Shown piece after piece: positions 1 through 7,791 of a DNA stretch of 32,000 nucleotides (its first letter is position 1; each line of letters begins with the position of its first letter). Origin of the DNA: Corynebacterium amycolatum (GTDB lineage Bacteria; Actinomycetota; Actinomycetes; Mycobacteriales; Mycobacteriaceae). The notes under the pieces were generated by a model. That model searched no databases. It worked only from the letters and a program-made list of their open reading frames with translations, and was not told the DNA's origin. The stretch is from NCBI RefSeq assembly GCF_049243625.1, contig NZ_CP046975.1; one strand, 5' to 3'. A program made the position numbers and the translations under genes.

Positions 1-2601
1 GCGTTGGGTGTAGACCGGTTCGACATAGAGAATCTCGCCATCGCCGACCGGCAGCGTCAGCAGGTTACCGTTGGTGACCACGTTCGTACCCTCGAGCAGG
101 GTACGGTCCTGGGCGACCTCATCTGCGGACATCATCGTGTCCTGCGCCTGACGCGGACCCATGGTCTGGGTGTTGGTCGGCAGAGCACGAATAGTGATTT
201 GGCCGTAGGTCTCCGGCTCGGAGGAAGCACTCATCTGAGCGGAGAGGAACTCACGCTCCAGTCCACGGAATGCAGAGATCAGCTGGAAGCTCGGCTTGCC
301 GCTCTCCGGATCGGAAGCGACAACATAGTACGGCGGCTGAGAGAGGTTCTTGTCTTCCGGTGCGGTCGGGTCGGACGGGACAGACCAGAAGGAGTCATTG
401 GCGAAGAACACGCCCGGATCGCTGACGTGGTACTTGGCCATCAGCTCGCGCTGAACCTTAAACAAGTCCTCCGGGTAACGCAGGTGCTCCTGCAGTTCCT
501 CGGAAATCTCCGACTTCGGCTTCACCACACCTGGGAAGACGCCTTCCCAGGCCTTGAGCACCGGATCCTTCTCATCGAACTCGTAGAGCTCAACGGTGCC
601 ATCGTAGGCGTCAACGGTTGCCTTGACCGAGTTGCGGATGTAGCTGACCTCGCTGTTCGGCAGCGGGCGTGGAGTGCCATCCGGGTTAATGGAGTCCTGC
701 GTGGTTTCCTGGAGGCTCATGCGCTGGGAGTACGGCATCTTGGCCAGCGTGGTGTAGCCGTCGACGATCCACTTCATACGGCCATCGACTACAGCCGGGT
801 ACGTCTTGGTGTCGGTAGTCAGCCATGGGGCGACCTTCTGAACACGGTCACGCGGATCGCGGTTGTAGATAATCTTGGAGTCCGACCCAATGCGGTCGGA
901 CAGCAGGATGTTGAGTTCCTGGTAACGGGTGGCGAAAATCATGCGGCTGGCAAGTCCGCCAACGCCAACACCGCCCTCACCGTCGTAGGTGAAGTTTCGG
1001 CCGTCAGCATCGTACTCGTAGTCCTTGCCGTCACCATTGCCACCGACAATCGCGTAGTCGGCATCGCTGTTGGCGATAACCGGACCGTAGTAGATACGCG
1101 GCTGCTTCAGGTTCAGGTTCATGCCGTTCGGGTCCTCGGACTCGAACAGGTCAGCCACGGTGTACAGCGGGTAACCACCGCGGGCGGAACCGGACTCGGA
1201 GGCAACCTCGTCAACCTTATTAGCCGGCGCAGCAACGAAACCATTGCCGTGAGTGTAGACCGTGTGACGGTTAATCCAGTCAGTCTGGTTGCCCTGCAGA
1301 GTCTGCGGGTTCAGCTCACGAGCAGCGACAATGAAGTCACGGGACTCCCCATCAATCTGGTAGCGGTCAATGGCAAGCGGATCGGAGAAACCGTAGAAGT
1401 TCTTCAGCTGACGTTGCTGAGTGAAAGTACGCGGCAGGACCTCCGGATCCAGGATTCGGATATTGGCCAATGTCGCGGCATCGCGCGAAATCGAATCCGC
1501 ACCTTCCTTTGCTGCCTCCTTATCGCCTTCCTTTTCAGCCGGAACGCCCCAGTCGCGCTCGACCTTCACCTTGTCGTCGGTAAGCCCGTAGTGGTAGCGC
1601 GTCGATTCAATGTTGCGCGCAATGTATTCACGTTCCTTGGAAGCGCGGTTCGGGTTAACCGAGAACTGCTCAACTGCCATCGGCCAGGCCACGCCGATCA
1701 GCCCCGCGGAGACCAGCATCAGCACTGTGGCAAACGCCGGAATGGAGAGGTTGCGCAGGAAGATAGAAGCGAAGAATGCAGCGGCCACGACAATTGCGAT
1801 GACCAGCAGCGTAATCTTTGCCGGCAGCAGCGCATTGATATCGGTGTAGGAACCACCGGTGAAGGTTTTCTGCTTGTTATTCAGCAGCTCATAGCGGTCC
1901 AGCCAGTAAGACACAGCCTTGAGCAGCATGAAAACACCGGCCCAGCACGCCAACTGCGCACGAGCCGCATTGGAAACGCGGGTCTTCTCCCCTGTAGTCG
2001 GGTTACCTGGGCGGATGCCACCAAGGAAGTAATGTGTCACCAGCGACAGCAGGAACGCAATAACTACCAGGACAACCAGCGTCGAAACGATGTACGACCA
2101 CAGCGGCAACTGGAATGCATAGAAGCCCAAGTCCTTGCCGTACTGCGGGTCAGTCTCACCGAAGGACTGCCGGTTTAAGAACAGCTGCACCGTCTGCCAA
2201 TTGCCCTGCCCCACAAGGCCACCGAGTACGCCGAATACAACGGGCAGCGTGGTGAACATCGACTTCGAACCAGATTCAGCCATCCGTCGGTACACTGCCT
2301 GCGGGCTGCGTGGATCCGTCAGCCCGAGGTCGACGGGACGCGAGCGCCACGCCAGCCACATAGATAGAAATGTCAGTGCACCCGTTATTAGGCCTACGGT
2401 GATAAACAGGACAATACGAGTGAGCCACGTGGTGGCGAATACCCCTCGATAGCCCACTTCACCGAACCACTGAAAGTCCGTATAAAAATTGACGGCGATG
2501 GGAATAACAAAGGTCAGCGCGGCAATCACCCACACGGTAATTGCCAGCCACCCCGGGCGGCCACCCGCCGATCGTCTCGGTCGAGTCTGGTTTAGAGACA
2601 A
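1..2601 (-). CDS. UPF0182 family polytopic membrane protein, 5' part (867 codons; C-terminus lies beyond the left edge)
   Basis: Absent from the supplied ORF track because its stop codon is outside the window. Hand translation of the minus strand from TTG at 2601 (AGGAGAG just upstream, in-frame TGA four codons upstream) reads MSLNQTRPRRSAGGRPGWLAITVWVIAALTFVIPIAVNFYTDFQWFGEVGYRGVFATTWLTRIVLFITVGL... Codons at the left edge read ...LTLPVGDGEILYVEPVYTQR. 2601 nt is exactly 867 codons to position 1. The YTDxxWFxxxGY N-terminus with several TM helices is how I remember UPF0182 (PF03699, Mtb Rv3193c type). The 724-aa plus-strand ORF 4..2178 is its antisense shadow. Confidence 0.85.
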   Translation of the reverse strand, partial: MSLNQTRPRRSAGGRPGWLAITVWVIAALTFVIPIAVNFYTDFQWFGEVGYRGVFATTWLTRIVLFITVGLITGALTFLSMWLAWRSRPVDLGLTDPRSPQAVYRRMAESGSKSMFTTLPVVFGVLGGLVGQGNWQTVQLFLNRQSFGETDPQYGKDLGFYAFQLPLWSYIVSTLVVLVVIAFLLSLVTHYFLGGIRPGNPTTGEKTRVSNAARAQLACWAGVFMLLKAVSYWLDRYELLNNKQKTFTGGSYTDINALLPAKITLLVIAIVVAAAFFASIFLRNLSIPAFATVLMLVSAGLIGVAWPMAVEQFSVNPNRASKEREYIARNIESTRYHYGLTDDKVKVERDWGVPAEKEGDKEAAKEGADSISRDAATLANIRILDPEVLPRTFTQQRQLKNFYGFSDPLAIDRYQIDGESRDFIVAARELNPQTLQGNQTDWINRHTVYTHGNGFVAAPANKVDEVASESGSARGGYPLYTVADLFESEDPNGMNLNLKQPRIYYGPVIANSDADYAIVGGNGDGKDYEYDADGRNFTYDGEGGVGVGGLASRMIFATRYQELNILLSDRIGSDSKIIYNRDPRDRVQKVAPWLTTDTKTYPAVVDGRMKWIVDGYTTLAKMPYSQRMSLQETTQDSINPDGTPRPLPNSEVSYIRNSVKATVDAYDGTVELYEFDEKDPVLKAWEGVFPGVVKPKSEISEELQEHLRYPEDLFKVQRELMAKYHVSDPGVFFANDSFWSVPSDPTAPEDKNLSQPPYYVVASDPESGKPSFQLISAFRGLEREFLSAQMSASSEPETYGQITIRALPTNTQTMGPRQAQDTMMSADEVAQDRTLLEGTNVVTNGNLLTLPVGDGEILYVEPVYTQR

Positions 2602-2708
2602 CGTCTCTCCTGTTCAAGTTGAGCTTGACTTACCAGCGAGCTGGCAAGCCGAACGTACGCTTATCTGTCATCTACTCTAAATAAAGTTCCTAACAATTGA
2701 CTAAGGAT

Positions 2709-2722
2709 GCTGTTTAAACAGC
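2709..2722. promoter_or_regulatory. Perfect 14-bp palindrome GCTGTTTAAACAGC in the divergent promoter region
   Basis: Read directly from the sequence. It lies between the divergent starts at 2601 (minus) and 2753 (plus). The operator function is only inferred. Confidence 0.3.
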
Positions 2723-2752
2723 GTTGCCAGGAAAGGGGCGTCGTCAAGCGTC

Positions 2753-3334
2753 ATGAGCGAAAACAACGGCACACAGACTCATCTCAGCCAGCAGGCACTC
2801 AATCGCGCCGTGCGCGAGGCTGTCGAATACGTCCACGCCGAAGGTTGGGACCGTGCTCCGAGTCTCTTCGCCCTCGTCCCCACCGCCGCGCTTGCCGACG
2901 TGCTTGCCGACGAGCTGATCGACAGCGCCCCGCTGACTGTCGTTGCGCAGGAGCCCCTCCCCGAGGGAATTGAAGGTGGTAGCCCTGAGTTGGCGGACTT
3001 TATCGCTCGAACATCGTGGCCGGCAGGTGTCGTCGGTGCCGTGTTAGCACAGGAAATTATGGTCATCGCCCCGGAGCGGGCGAACAGTTTTGAGGGAGCA
3101 TCCGTAGACGAGGTGCGGGCGCAGGCGGATGGCGAGGCGGCTCGTCAGGCACGTCTTTTCAGTGGCGTTATCAGCGAGGGGCCACACCTAACGCTGATTC
3201 AGCCACGCCCCACGGAAGCGGAGCTGGATGAGCGTGGTCCCTTCGCTGAAGATGAGATTGAACTAAAGGATGGTTCTGGGGTAGCCGATGGTGTCATCGC
3301 TGCGCTGTACTCCACGTTCGGAAGTAACTCATAA
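2753..3334 (+). CDS. Conserved actinobacterial hypothetical protein (PPA1309-like family)
   Basis: 193-aa ORF from the track. The acidic soluble protein (…VEYVHAEGWDRAPSLFALVPTAALADVLADEL…) resembles the family I remember as the divergent neighbour of UPF0182 genes in Actinobacteria. The family name is from memory and was not searched. Confidence 0.6.
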   Translation: MSENNGTQTHLSQQALNRAVREAVEYVHAEGWDRAPSLFALVPTAALADVLADELIDSAPLTVVAQEPLPEGIEGGSPELADFIARTSWPAGVVGAVLAQEIMVIAPERANSFEGASVDEVRAQADGEAARQARLFSGVISEGPHLTLIQPRPTEAELDERGPFAEDEIELKDGSGVADGVIAALYSTFGSNS

Positions 3335-3477
3335 CTCCACCTACCAGCGATAAGAGACAGACAAGAGGCGTTGAAAGCGCCGAATATCCTTATAACTAGC
3401 TGATTCCGGTTGACATCAGGACTAGAACCTAGTTGTATAACAAAGTGATAAAGGCGCGTCTCTAAGTTTCCGCTCAG

Positions 3478-3506
3478 GGTTCTGTTGGACTTGGTTCTGT
3501 TGGACT
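3478..3506. repeat. Tandem direct repeat GGTTCTGTTGGACT x2 (period 15 bp)
   Basis: Exact 14-mers at 3478-3491 and 3493-3506, about 95 bp upstream of the SGNH hydrolase ATG at 3602. Confidence 0.7.
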
Positions 3507-3601
3507 CGGATTCTTCCAGGGACGGGCGAATGTGGCGAAGAAATCGCGAGTGTAGCGCGAGTTTTTCCTTCTATTGGTTTTCAACTAAGAGGTTTTTAAT
3601 T

Positions 3602-4441
3602 ATGAAGAACAACGTTGTTCGCCGTGCAGCAGCCTCGGCAGCTGCAGCTTCTGCGCTGGCAGCCTCCCTCCTGACTGGTGGTGTTGCCAACGCTCTTCCT
3701 ACTGGTAACTACGTTGCCTTCGGCGATTCCTTCGCTGCTAACCCGGGCCAGTCCGATCCGGCCGTGCCGGGCCGTGGTGGCTGCCCAATTTCGGTTTCGA
3801 ACATCGGCTCTCACGTTGCTCGCGAGACTGGCCTTGAATTGCACGACTACTCCTGCAACGGCACTACCGCTTTCATGCCGACTCAGCCGCAGAAGTCCCT
3901 GATGGGCCAGGTTGACAACGCTATCGCCCAGGGCTCCCTCGGCCCGGCTACCCAGCTGGTGACCATCTACGTTGGCGCCAATGACGCAATGCAGGGCGCT
4001 GTGCTGCCAATGCCGGTTCAGGATGACCTGTACACCACCAACGTTGTTGCCGCGGTGCAGAAAATCAAGGCCGCTAACCCAACTGCTCGCGTCATGCTGA
4101 TTGGCTACCCAGCTTTCACCTCGAATGATCCGACTCACTACGCTTGCCCGGTCAACGCCGCAGGTTTTGCACCGCACATTCCGGCTGCCGGCATGCACCA
4201 GTTTGAGATGGCTCTGCAGAACCGTCAGGAGCGCGCTGCAAATGAGTCCGGCATCGGTTTCGTCAACATGAAGAACATTGCCAACATCGATGTCGCAATG
4301 TGCGGCCCGGACGGTGAGCGTCAAGTCTCGGCAATTCTGGATACTGACGTTGCTTCCTACAACATGACCAACCACCCGACCTTCCACGGTTCGGCAGTTA
4401 CTGGCACCACCATCGCCAACGTCTACAAGAGCACCTTCTAA
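3602..4441 (+). CDS. Secreted SGNH/GDSL-family hydrolase (lipase/esterase)
   Basis: Same frame as track ORF 3485..4441, but I start it at ATG 3602 (AAGAGG upstream). Signal peptide MKNNVVRRAAASAAAASALAASLLTGGVANA|LP. Block I motif YVAFGDSFAANPG (GDS) and block III YVGANDA (GxND) are present. Confidence 0.82.
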   Translation: MKNNVVRRAAASAAAASALAASLLTGGVANALPTGNYVAFGDSFAANPGQSDPAVPGRGGCPISVSNIGSHVARETGLELHDYSCNGTTAFMPTQPQKSLMGQVDNAIAQGSLGPATQLVTIYVGANDAMQGAVLPMPVQDDLYTTNVVAAVQKIKAANPTARVMLIGYPAFTSNDPTHYACPVNAAGFAPHIPAAGMHQFEMALQNRQERAANESGIGFVNMKNIANIDVAMCGPDGERQVSAILDTDVASYNMTNHPTFHGSAVTGTTIANVYKSTF

Positions 4442-4476
4442 GGTTGCCCGACGCCGCTCAGGCGTTTTGGAATGTA

Positions 4477-4518
4477 AAAACCCTCGGTCCCGCTTTGAAA
4501 AGTGTGGTCGAGGGTTTT
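4477..4518. terminator. Hairpin flanked by an A-tract and a T-tract (possible bidirectional terminator) after the SGNH hydrolase gene
   Basis: AAAACCCTCG (4477-4486) pairs with CGAGGGTTTT (4509-4518) around a 22-nt loop. A smaller hairpin ACGCC-gctca-GGCGT followed by TTT sits at 4451-4468. Confidence 0.45.
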
Positions 4519-4547
4519 GCTGTCTGTTGCCGCCGCGGGCCCAGTCT

Positions 4548-4754
4548 TTACACTTTCGCTTCCACCACGTCCGCCTCTGCAGTGACCTTAATGCGTTCTC
4601 TTCCCTTCAGCGCGCGGAGGGCGTAGAGAATTGTTGCTAAGTCGATAACCTCCTGCAGTAGTGCAATAATCTTCTGGTACTGCGAATCTGCCGCCGACTT
4701 GGAGGCTTGGATCCGAATTGTCTGCGTTCCATTGACGGATGATGGGAAAAGCGA
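4548..4754 (-). pseudogene. Relic of a P-type (heavy-metal type) ATPase gene; no start codon, internally deleted
   Basis: Hand translation of the minus strand between TAG (4755-4757) and TAA (4548-4550) gives 68 codons with no ATG/GTG/TTG: SLFPSSVNGTQTIRIQASKSAADSQYQKIIALLQEVIDLATILYALRALKGRERIKVTAEADVVEAKV. By eye, the first half resembles the P-type ATPase segment ..T(L/V)N..G.l.i..tK...D(S/T)....II.LvEEAQ. The second half (ATILYALRALKG) resembles the C-terminal ..vv.LNaLRL.. end. Confidence 0.35.
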
Positions 4755-4780
4755 CTACACGATATAAAAAATATAAAAGC

Positions 4781-4811
4781 AAAATCCCCGGCCGTAATGA
4801 CCGGGGATTTT
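4781..4811 (-). terminator. Intrinsic terminator downstream of ssrA
   Basis: Perfect 11-bp stem AAAATCCCCGG (4781-4791) / CCGGGGATTTT (4801-4811) with a 9-nt loop. It starts 7 nt after the tmRNA 3' end and is followed on the minus strand by GCTTTT. Confidence 0.7.
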
Positions 4812-4817
4812 AATCTG

Positions 4818-5199
4818 TGGAGCTGCCGAGAATTGAACTCGGGTCCACCGCCAACTCGCCAGGGCTTCTCCGTGCGCAGTTCGCACGATCGCCTCTACTC
4901 GACCCTTCGGCTCAGGCAAACATGTCCGAATGACGGGTCCAGCCGCAAGTAAGAAGATCCCCGATGAGCCTTACGGCACACCCATCGGGCGAGCCCTTTT
5001 AAGTCGATGCCAGGGTCCGGGCCAAAGGGCAAGCCCGGCCTGACAGACACGCTAGTCGCTTAATTAGGCAGCGAGAGCGTAGTCGCGCTGAGTGTTCTCG
5101 GCGCTTAATCAGTTGCTACGACGCTTAAACGGTGGTCTCTAGCCTGCACCGGCACGCTTCCCCTGGCTCACTGTACGGTGTCGAAACCATGTCAGCCCC
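4818..5199 (-). ncRNA. ssrA: tmRNA (transfer-messenger RNA)
   Basis: The minus strand starts GGGGCTGACATGGTTTCGACACC (5' end at 5199). It ends GGTGGACCCGAGTTCAATTCTCGGCAGCTCCA (tRNA-like T-arm and acceptor, 3' end at 4818; CCA not fully encoded). Internal tag frame 5102..5064 is GCC GAG AAC ACT CAG CGC GAC TAC GCT CTC GCT GCC TAA = AENTQRDYALAA*. It lies directly downstream of smpB. Confidence 0.95.
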
Positions 5200-5300
5200 A
5201 TACAATGCCTTCAAGCGCGGGAATGTGCGTAGCACTCAAAGGATGTTCAAGAATAACGCTTTACGACGAGAAAAGTCAACAAACCTCGTCGCAAAGCACG

Positions 5301-5804
5301 CTACCCCTTGATGCCCTTTACACGGCGGCCCAGCGCACGAGTAGCTTCGCGCTCCTCCGTGCGGCGCTTGATGTCCTGGCGCTTGTCATAGTCCTGCTTA
5401 CCGCGGGCGAGTGCGAGCTCGACCTTCAAGCGGCCGTCGGTGAAATACAGCTTCAGGGGCACAAGCGTGTTGTTGCCATCGCGGACCTTGCCCCACAGGG
5501 TGTCAATCTCCTTGCGGTGCAACAACAGCTTGCGCGAGCGACGCGGTGAGTGATTAGTCCACGAACCGTAGGAGTACTCCGGGATATGCAGCCCGCGGAG
5601 CCACACTTCGCCGTCGTCGATGGTCGCGAAGGCGTCGTTAAGCGATGCTTTGCCCTCGCGCAGCGCCTTGACCTCAGTGCCCACGAGAACGACACCGCAT
5701 TCGTAGGTGTCCAGAATGTTGTAGTCATGGCGGGCACGACGATTGGTGGCCACCACCGCGTTGTTGGCGCTGACCTTTTCTTTCTTCGACTTCTTCTTGC
5801 CCAT
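5301..5804 (-). CDS. smpB: SsrA-binding protein SmpB
   Basis: 167-aa ORF: ...[40 protein letters not shown]...LLLHRKEI..., with a basic C-terminal tail. Canonical SmpB, adjacent to ssrA. Confidence 0.97.
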   Translation of the reverse strand: MGKKKSKKEKVSANNAVVATNRRARHDYNILDTYECGVVLVGTEVKALREGKASLNDAFATIDDGEVWLRGLHIPEYSYGSWTNHSPRRSRKLLLHRKEIDTLWGKVRDGNNTLVPLKLYFTDGRLKVELALARGKQDYDKRQDIKRRTEEREATRALGRRVKGIKG

Positions 5805-5839
5805 AACCTGCTTAACTCTAGTCGAAGAAGGTGCACGAC

Positions 5840-5872
5840 AGCTATTCCCTAGCTATTCCCTTAACTTTCCCT
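5840..5872. repeat. 11-bp tandem repeat AGCTATTCCCT x2 plus a degenerate third unit
   Basis: Exact copies at 5840-5850 and 5851-5861. The unit at 5862-5872 (TAACTTTCCCT) shares the TTCCCT core. Located in the smpB/AbgT divergent intergenic region. Confidence 0.65.
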
Positions 5873-5984
5873 TATGCGCCTGCTCGCACCCGACATACAT
5901 ATGCCTCTGGCCTTTTACGTTGTGACGCAACTTACTTTCCCCTAACCTTTTACCAACGTCTAACACAGAGGGATCTTTATATAT

Positions 5985-7628
5985 ATGGGACAGTCAAAAA
6001 CGTTGGAACCGGACAAAGCGCCACCGAAGCCAAAGGGGTTCCTAGCAACACTGGAACGTATCGGCAACGCACTGCCAAATCCATTTTGGCTATTCGTGAT
6101 TCTTGCCGGTGTAGTCATCGTTTCTTCGTGGCTCGGTGAGGCTGCGGGTATGCAGGCCAAGGATCCCGCGTCGGGTGACATCATCGAGGTGGAAAGCCTT
6201 GCTACCGCAGAGTACCTGCAAAAGATGGTTTCTGAGGCGGTAACGAACTTCACGGACTTCGCACCAGTTGGCCTGATTCTGGTGTGCATGCTCGGTGTCG
6301 CAATTGCGGAGTACTCCGGTTACATCGGCTCGGCAATCCGCGCGGCAATTTCCAAGGTGCACTCCCCTGTCCTGCTGACATTCATTGTCGCACTGGCCGG
6401 CGTGACTGGTTCGATCGCTTCTGATGCCGTCTACGTGATTCTCATTCCGCTGGGTGCCGCCTCATTCGCCGCAGTTGGTCGTAACCCCATTGTCGGTGCG
6501 ATGGTCGCCTTTGCCGCCTCGTCAGCCGGGTTCAATTCGTCGCTGGTGCTCAACATCACCGATGTGCTGCTGGCGGGTATCTCCACGCATGCGGCGCACT
6601 TCGTGGATCCGGAATACGTGGTTTCACCTCTGGCCAACTACTTCTTCACCATGGCTTCGTCCATTGTGCTGGCTCTGATTATTACGGCTGTTACTGAGCT
6701 GTTCATCACCAAGCACGTGGCAAAGACCATCCACGACGATCATATTGACCACGAAGCTGCCGAGTTCACTAAGCCGGGCGCTTCGGAGGAGGCTGCTGAG
6801 GAAAACGCTAAGAAAAAGGAGCAGGACACCGCGTCTAGCAGCTCCAACAGCGGCCGCGATAAGCTCGTTCTAAACGACTCCGAACGCCATGGCCTGCGCT
6901 ACGGCAACATCGCCGCTGTTATCTTCCTTGCGCTGTGGTTCGCCGCTCTGTTCATCCCGGGTTCGCCTCTGCGCGGCGAAGGCGACGGCATCTTGAATTC
7001 CGTGCTGCTTACCGACGTCGTGGTGTCCATTGCCCTCTTCTTCGCCGTGGTCGGTATTGCGTACGGCATCGGCGCCAAGACCATCACCTCCTCTGCAGAT
7101 GTGCCCGCCTTCATGGAACGTGGCCTGGGCACACTGACCACAATGATGGTGCTCTTCTTCGCTGTTTCGCAGTTCACGGCCTACTTCAAGTGGTCCAATA
7201 TCGGCCAGTGGACCGCTATCAAGGGCTCCGAATTCCTGACCAAGGCGGATCTGCCGCCGCTGTTGCTCTTTGCTGCCTTCGTCCTGATGGTGGCTGTTCT
7301 CAACCTGCTGATTACCTCGGGCTCCGCACAGTGGGCGTTGATGGCGCCGGTCGTAGTGCCGATGCTGATGTACGTCAACGTCTCCCCGGAGGTCTCCCAG
7401 CAGCTATTCCGTATTGGTGACTCCCCGACCAACATCATTACACCGATGTCGCCGTACTTTGCGCTGGCACTGACCTTCCTGCAGAAGTACTACAAGCCTG
7501 CGGGGGTCGGCACGCTGATGTCGCTGGCTATCCCGTACTCGCTGTGCATGATGGTGGGCTGGTTCCTATTCTTTGTCGTGTGGTACCTCGCGGGCATTCC
7601 GCTGGGGCCAGGGGTTCCGGTGCGTTAA
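5985..7628 (+). CDS. AbgT family transporter (p-aminobenzoyl-glutamate / YdaH-MtrF type)
   Basis: 547-aa polytopic ORF with N-terminus ...KGFLATLERIGNALPNPFWLFVILAGVVIV... and overall architecture typical of AbgT. AGAGGGA lies about 12 nt upstream of the ATG. Confidence 0.9.
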   Translation: MGQSKTLEPDKAPPKPKGFLATLERIGNALPNPFWLFVILAGVVIVSSWLGEAAGMQAKDPASGDIIEVESLATAEYLQKMVSEAVTNFTDFAPVGLILVCMLGVAIAEYSGYIGSAIRAAISKVHSPVLLTFIVALAGVTGSIASDAVYVILIPLGAASFAAVGRNPIVGAMVAFAASSAGFNSSLVLNITDVLLAGISTHAAHFVDPEYVVSPLANYFFTMASSIVLALIITAVTELFITKHVAKTIHDDHIDHEAAEFTKPGASEEAAEENAKKKEQDTASSSSNSGRDKLVLNDSERHGLRYGNIAAVIFLALWFAALFIPGSPLRGEGDGILNSVLLTDVVVSIALFFAVVGIAYGIGAKTITSSADVPAFMERGLGTLTTMMVLFFAVSQFTAYFKWSNIGQWTAIKGSEFLTKADLPPLLLFAAFVLMVAVLNLLITSGSAQWALMAPVVVPMLMYVNVSPEVSQQLFRIGDSPTNIITPMSPYFALALTFLQKYYKPAGVGTLMSLAIPYSLCMMVGWFLFFVVWYLAGIPLGPGVPVR

Positions 7629-7647
7629 CTCACAGCCACTAGGAGAT

Positions 7648-7690
7648 TGAGGGATTGGTCGAATTTTTCGCCCAATCCCTCACTTATTTG
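7648..7690 (+). terminator. Intrinsic terminator of the AbgT gene
   Basis: Stem TGAGGGATTGG (7648-7658) / CCAATCCCTCA (7672-7682), with extra CGAA/TTCG pairs inside the loop, followed by CTTATTTG. It starts 20 nt after the stop codon. Confidence 0.75.
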
Positions 7691-7754
7691 TGGCACCCGG
7701 GCTTAATATTGCGTACGGTCGCCACCACAACGGGCGTCGTAAAGCGAAAACGTA

Positions 7755-7776
7755 CACACATTGAGCACACACTGAG
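7755..7776. repeat. 11-bp tandem repeat CACACATTGAG / CACACACTGAG
   Basis: 10 of 11 positions identical. It ends 15 nt upstream of the ATG at 7792. Confidence 0.6.
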
Positions 7777-7791
7777 ACGCGGATATAACCT

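Noticed and set aside
4-2178. 724-aa plus-strand ORF, the longest ORF in the supplied track
   Set aside because: Its translation (rich in R/V/L/G/D, no recognisable motifs) is the antisense shadow of the minus-strand UPF0182 gene. That gene translates into a convincing membrane protein and runs off the window edge, which is why the track missed it.
3410-3441. TTGACA (3410-3415) with TATAAC (3436-3441) as a promoter for the SGNH hydrolase
   Set aside because: The spacer is 20 nt (17 nt only to a poor TTGTAT), so I do not list it as a feature.
3485-3601. N-terminal extension of the SGNH hydrolase ORF (TTG at 3485)
   Set aside because: The extension has no signal-peptide character and covers the tandem repeat. 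ATG 3602 has an SD and gives a canonical signal peptide.
4699-4730. Possible degenerate copy of the ssrA 3' end (att-like direct repeat): TTGGAGGCTTGGATCCGAATTGTCTGCGTTCC versus TGGAGCTGCCGAGAATTGAACTCGGGTCC
   Set aside because: Only short blocks (TGGAG, GAATTG, TCC) coincide. By eye this is not distinguishable from chance, and the segment lies inside the ATPase-like relic frame. It needs a computed alignment before any claim.
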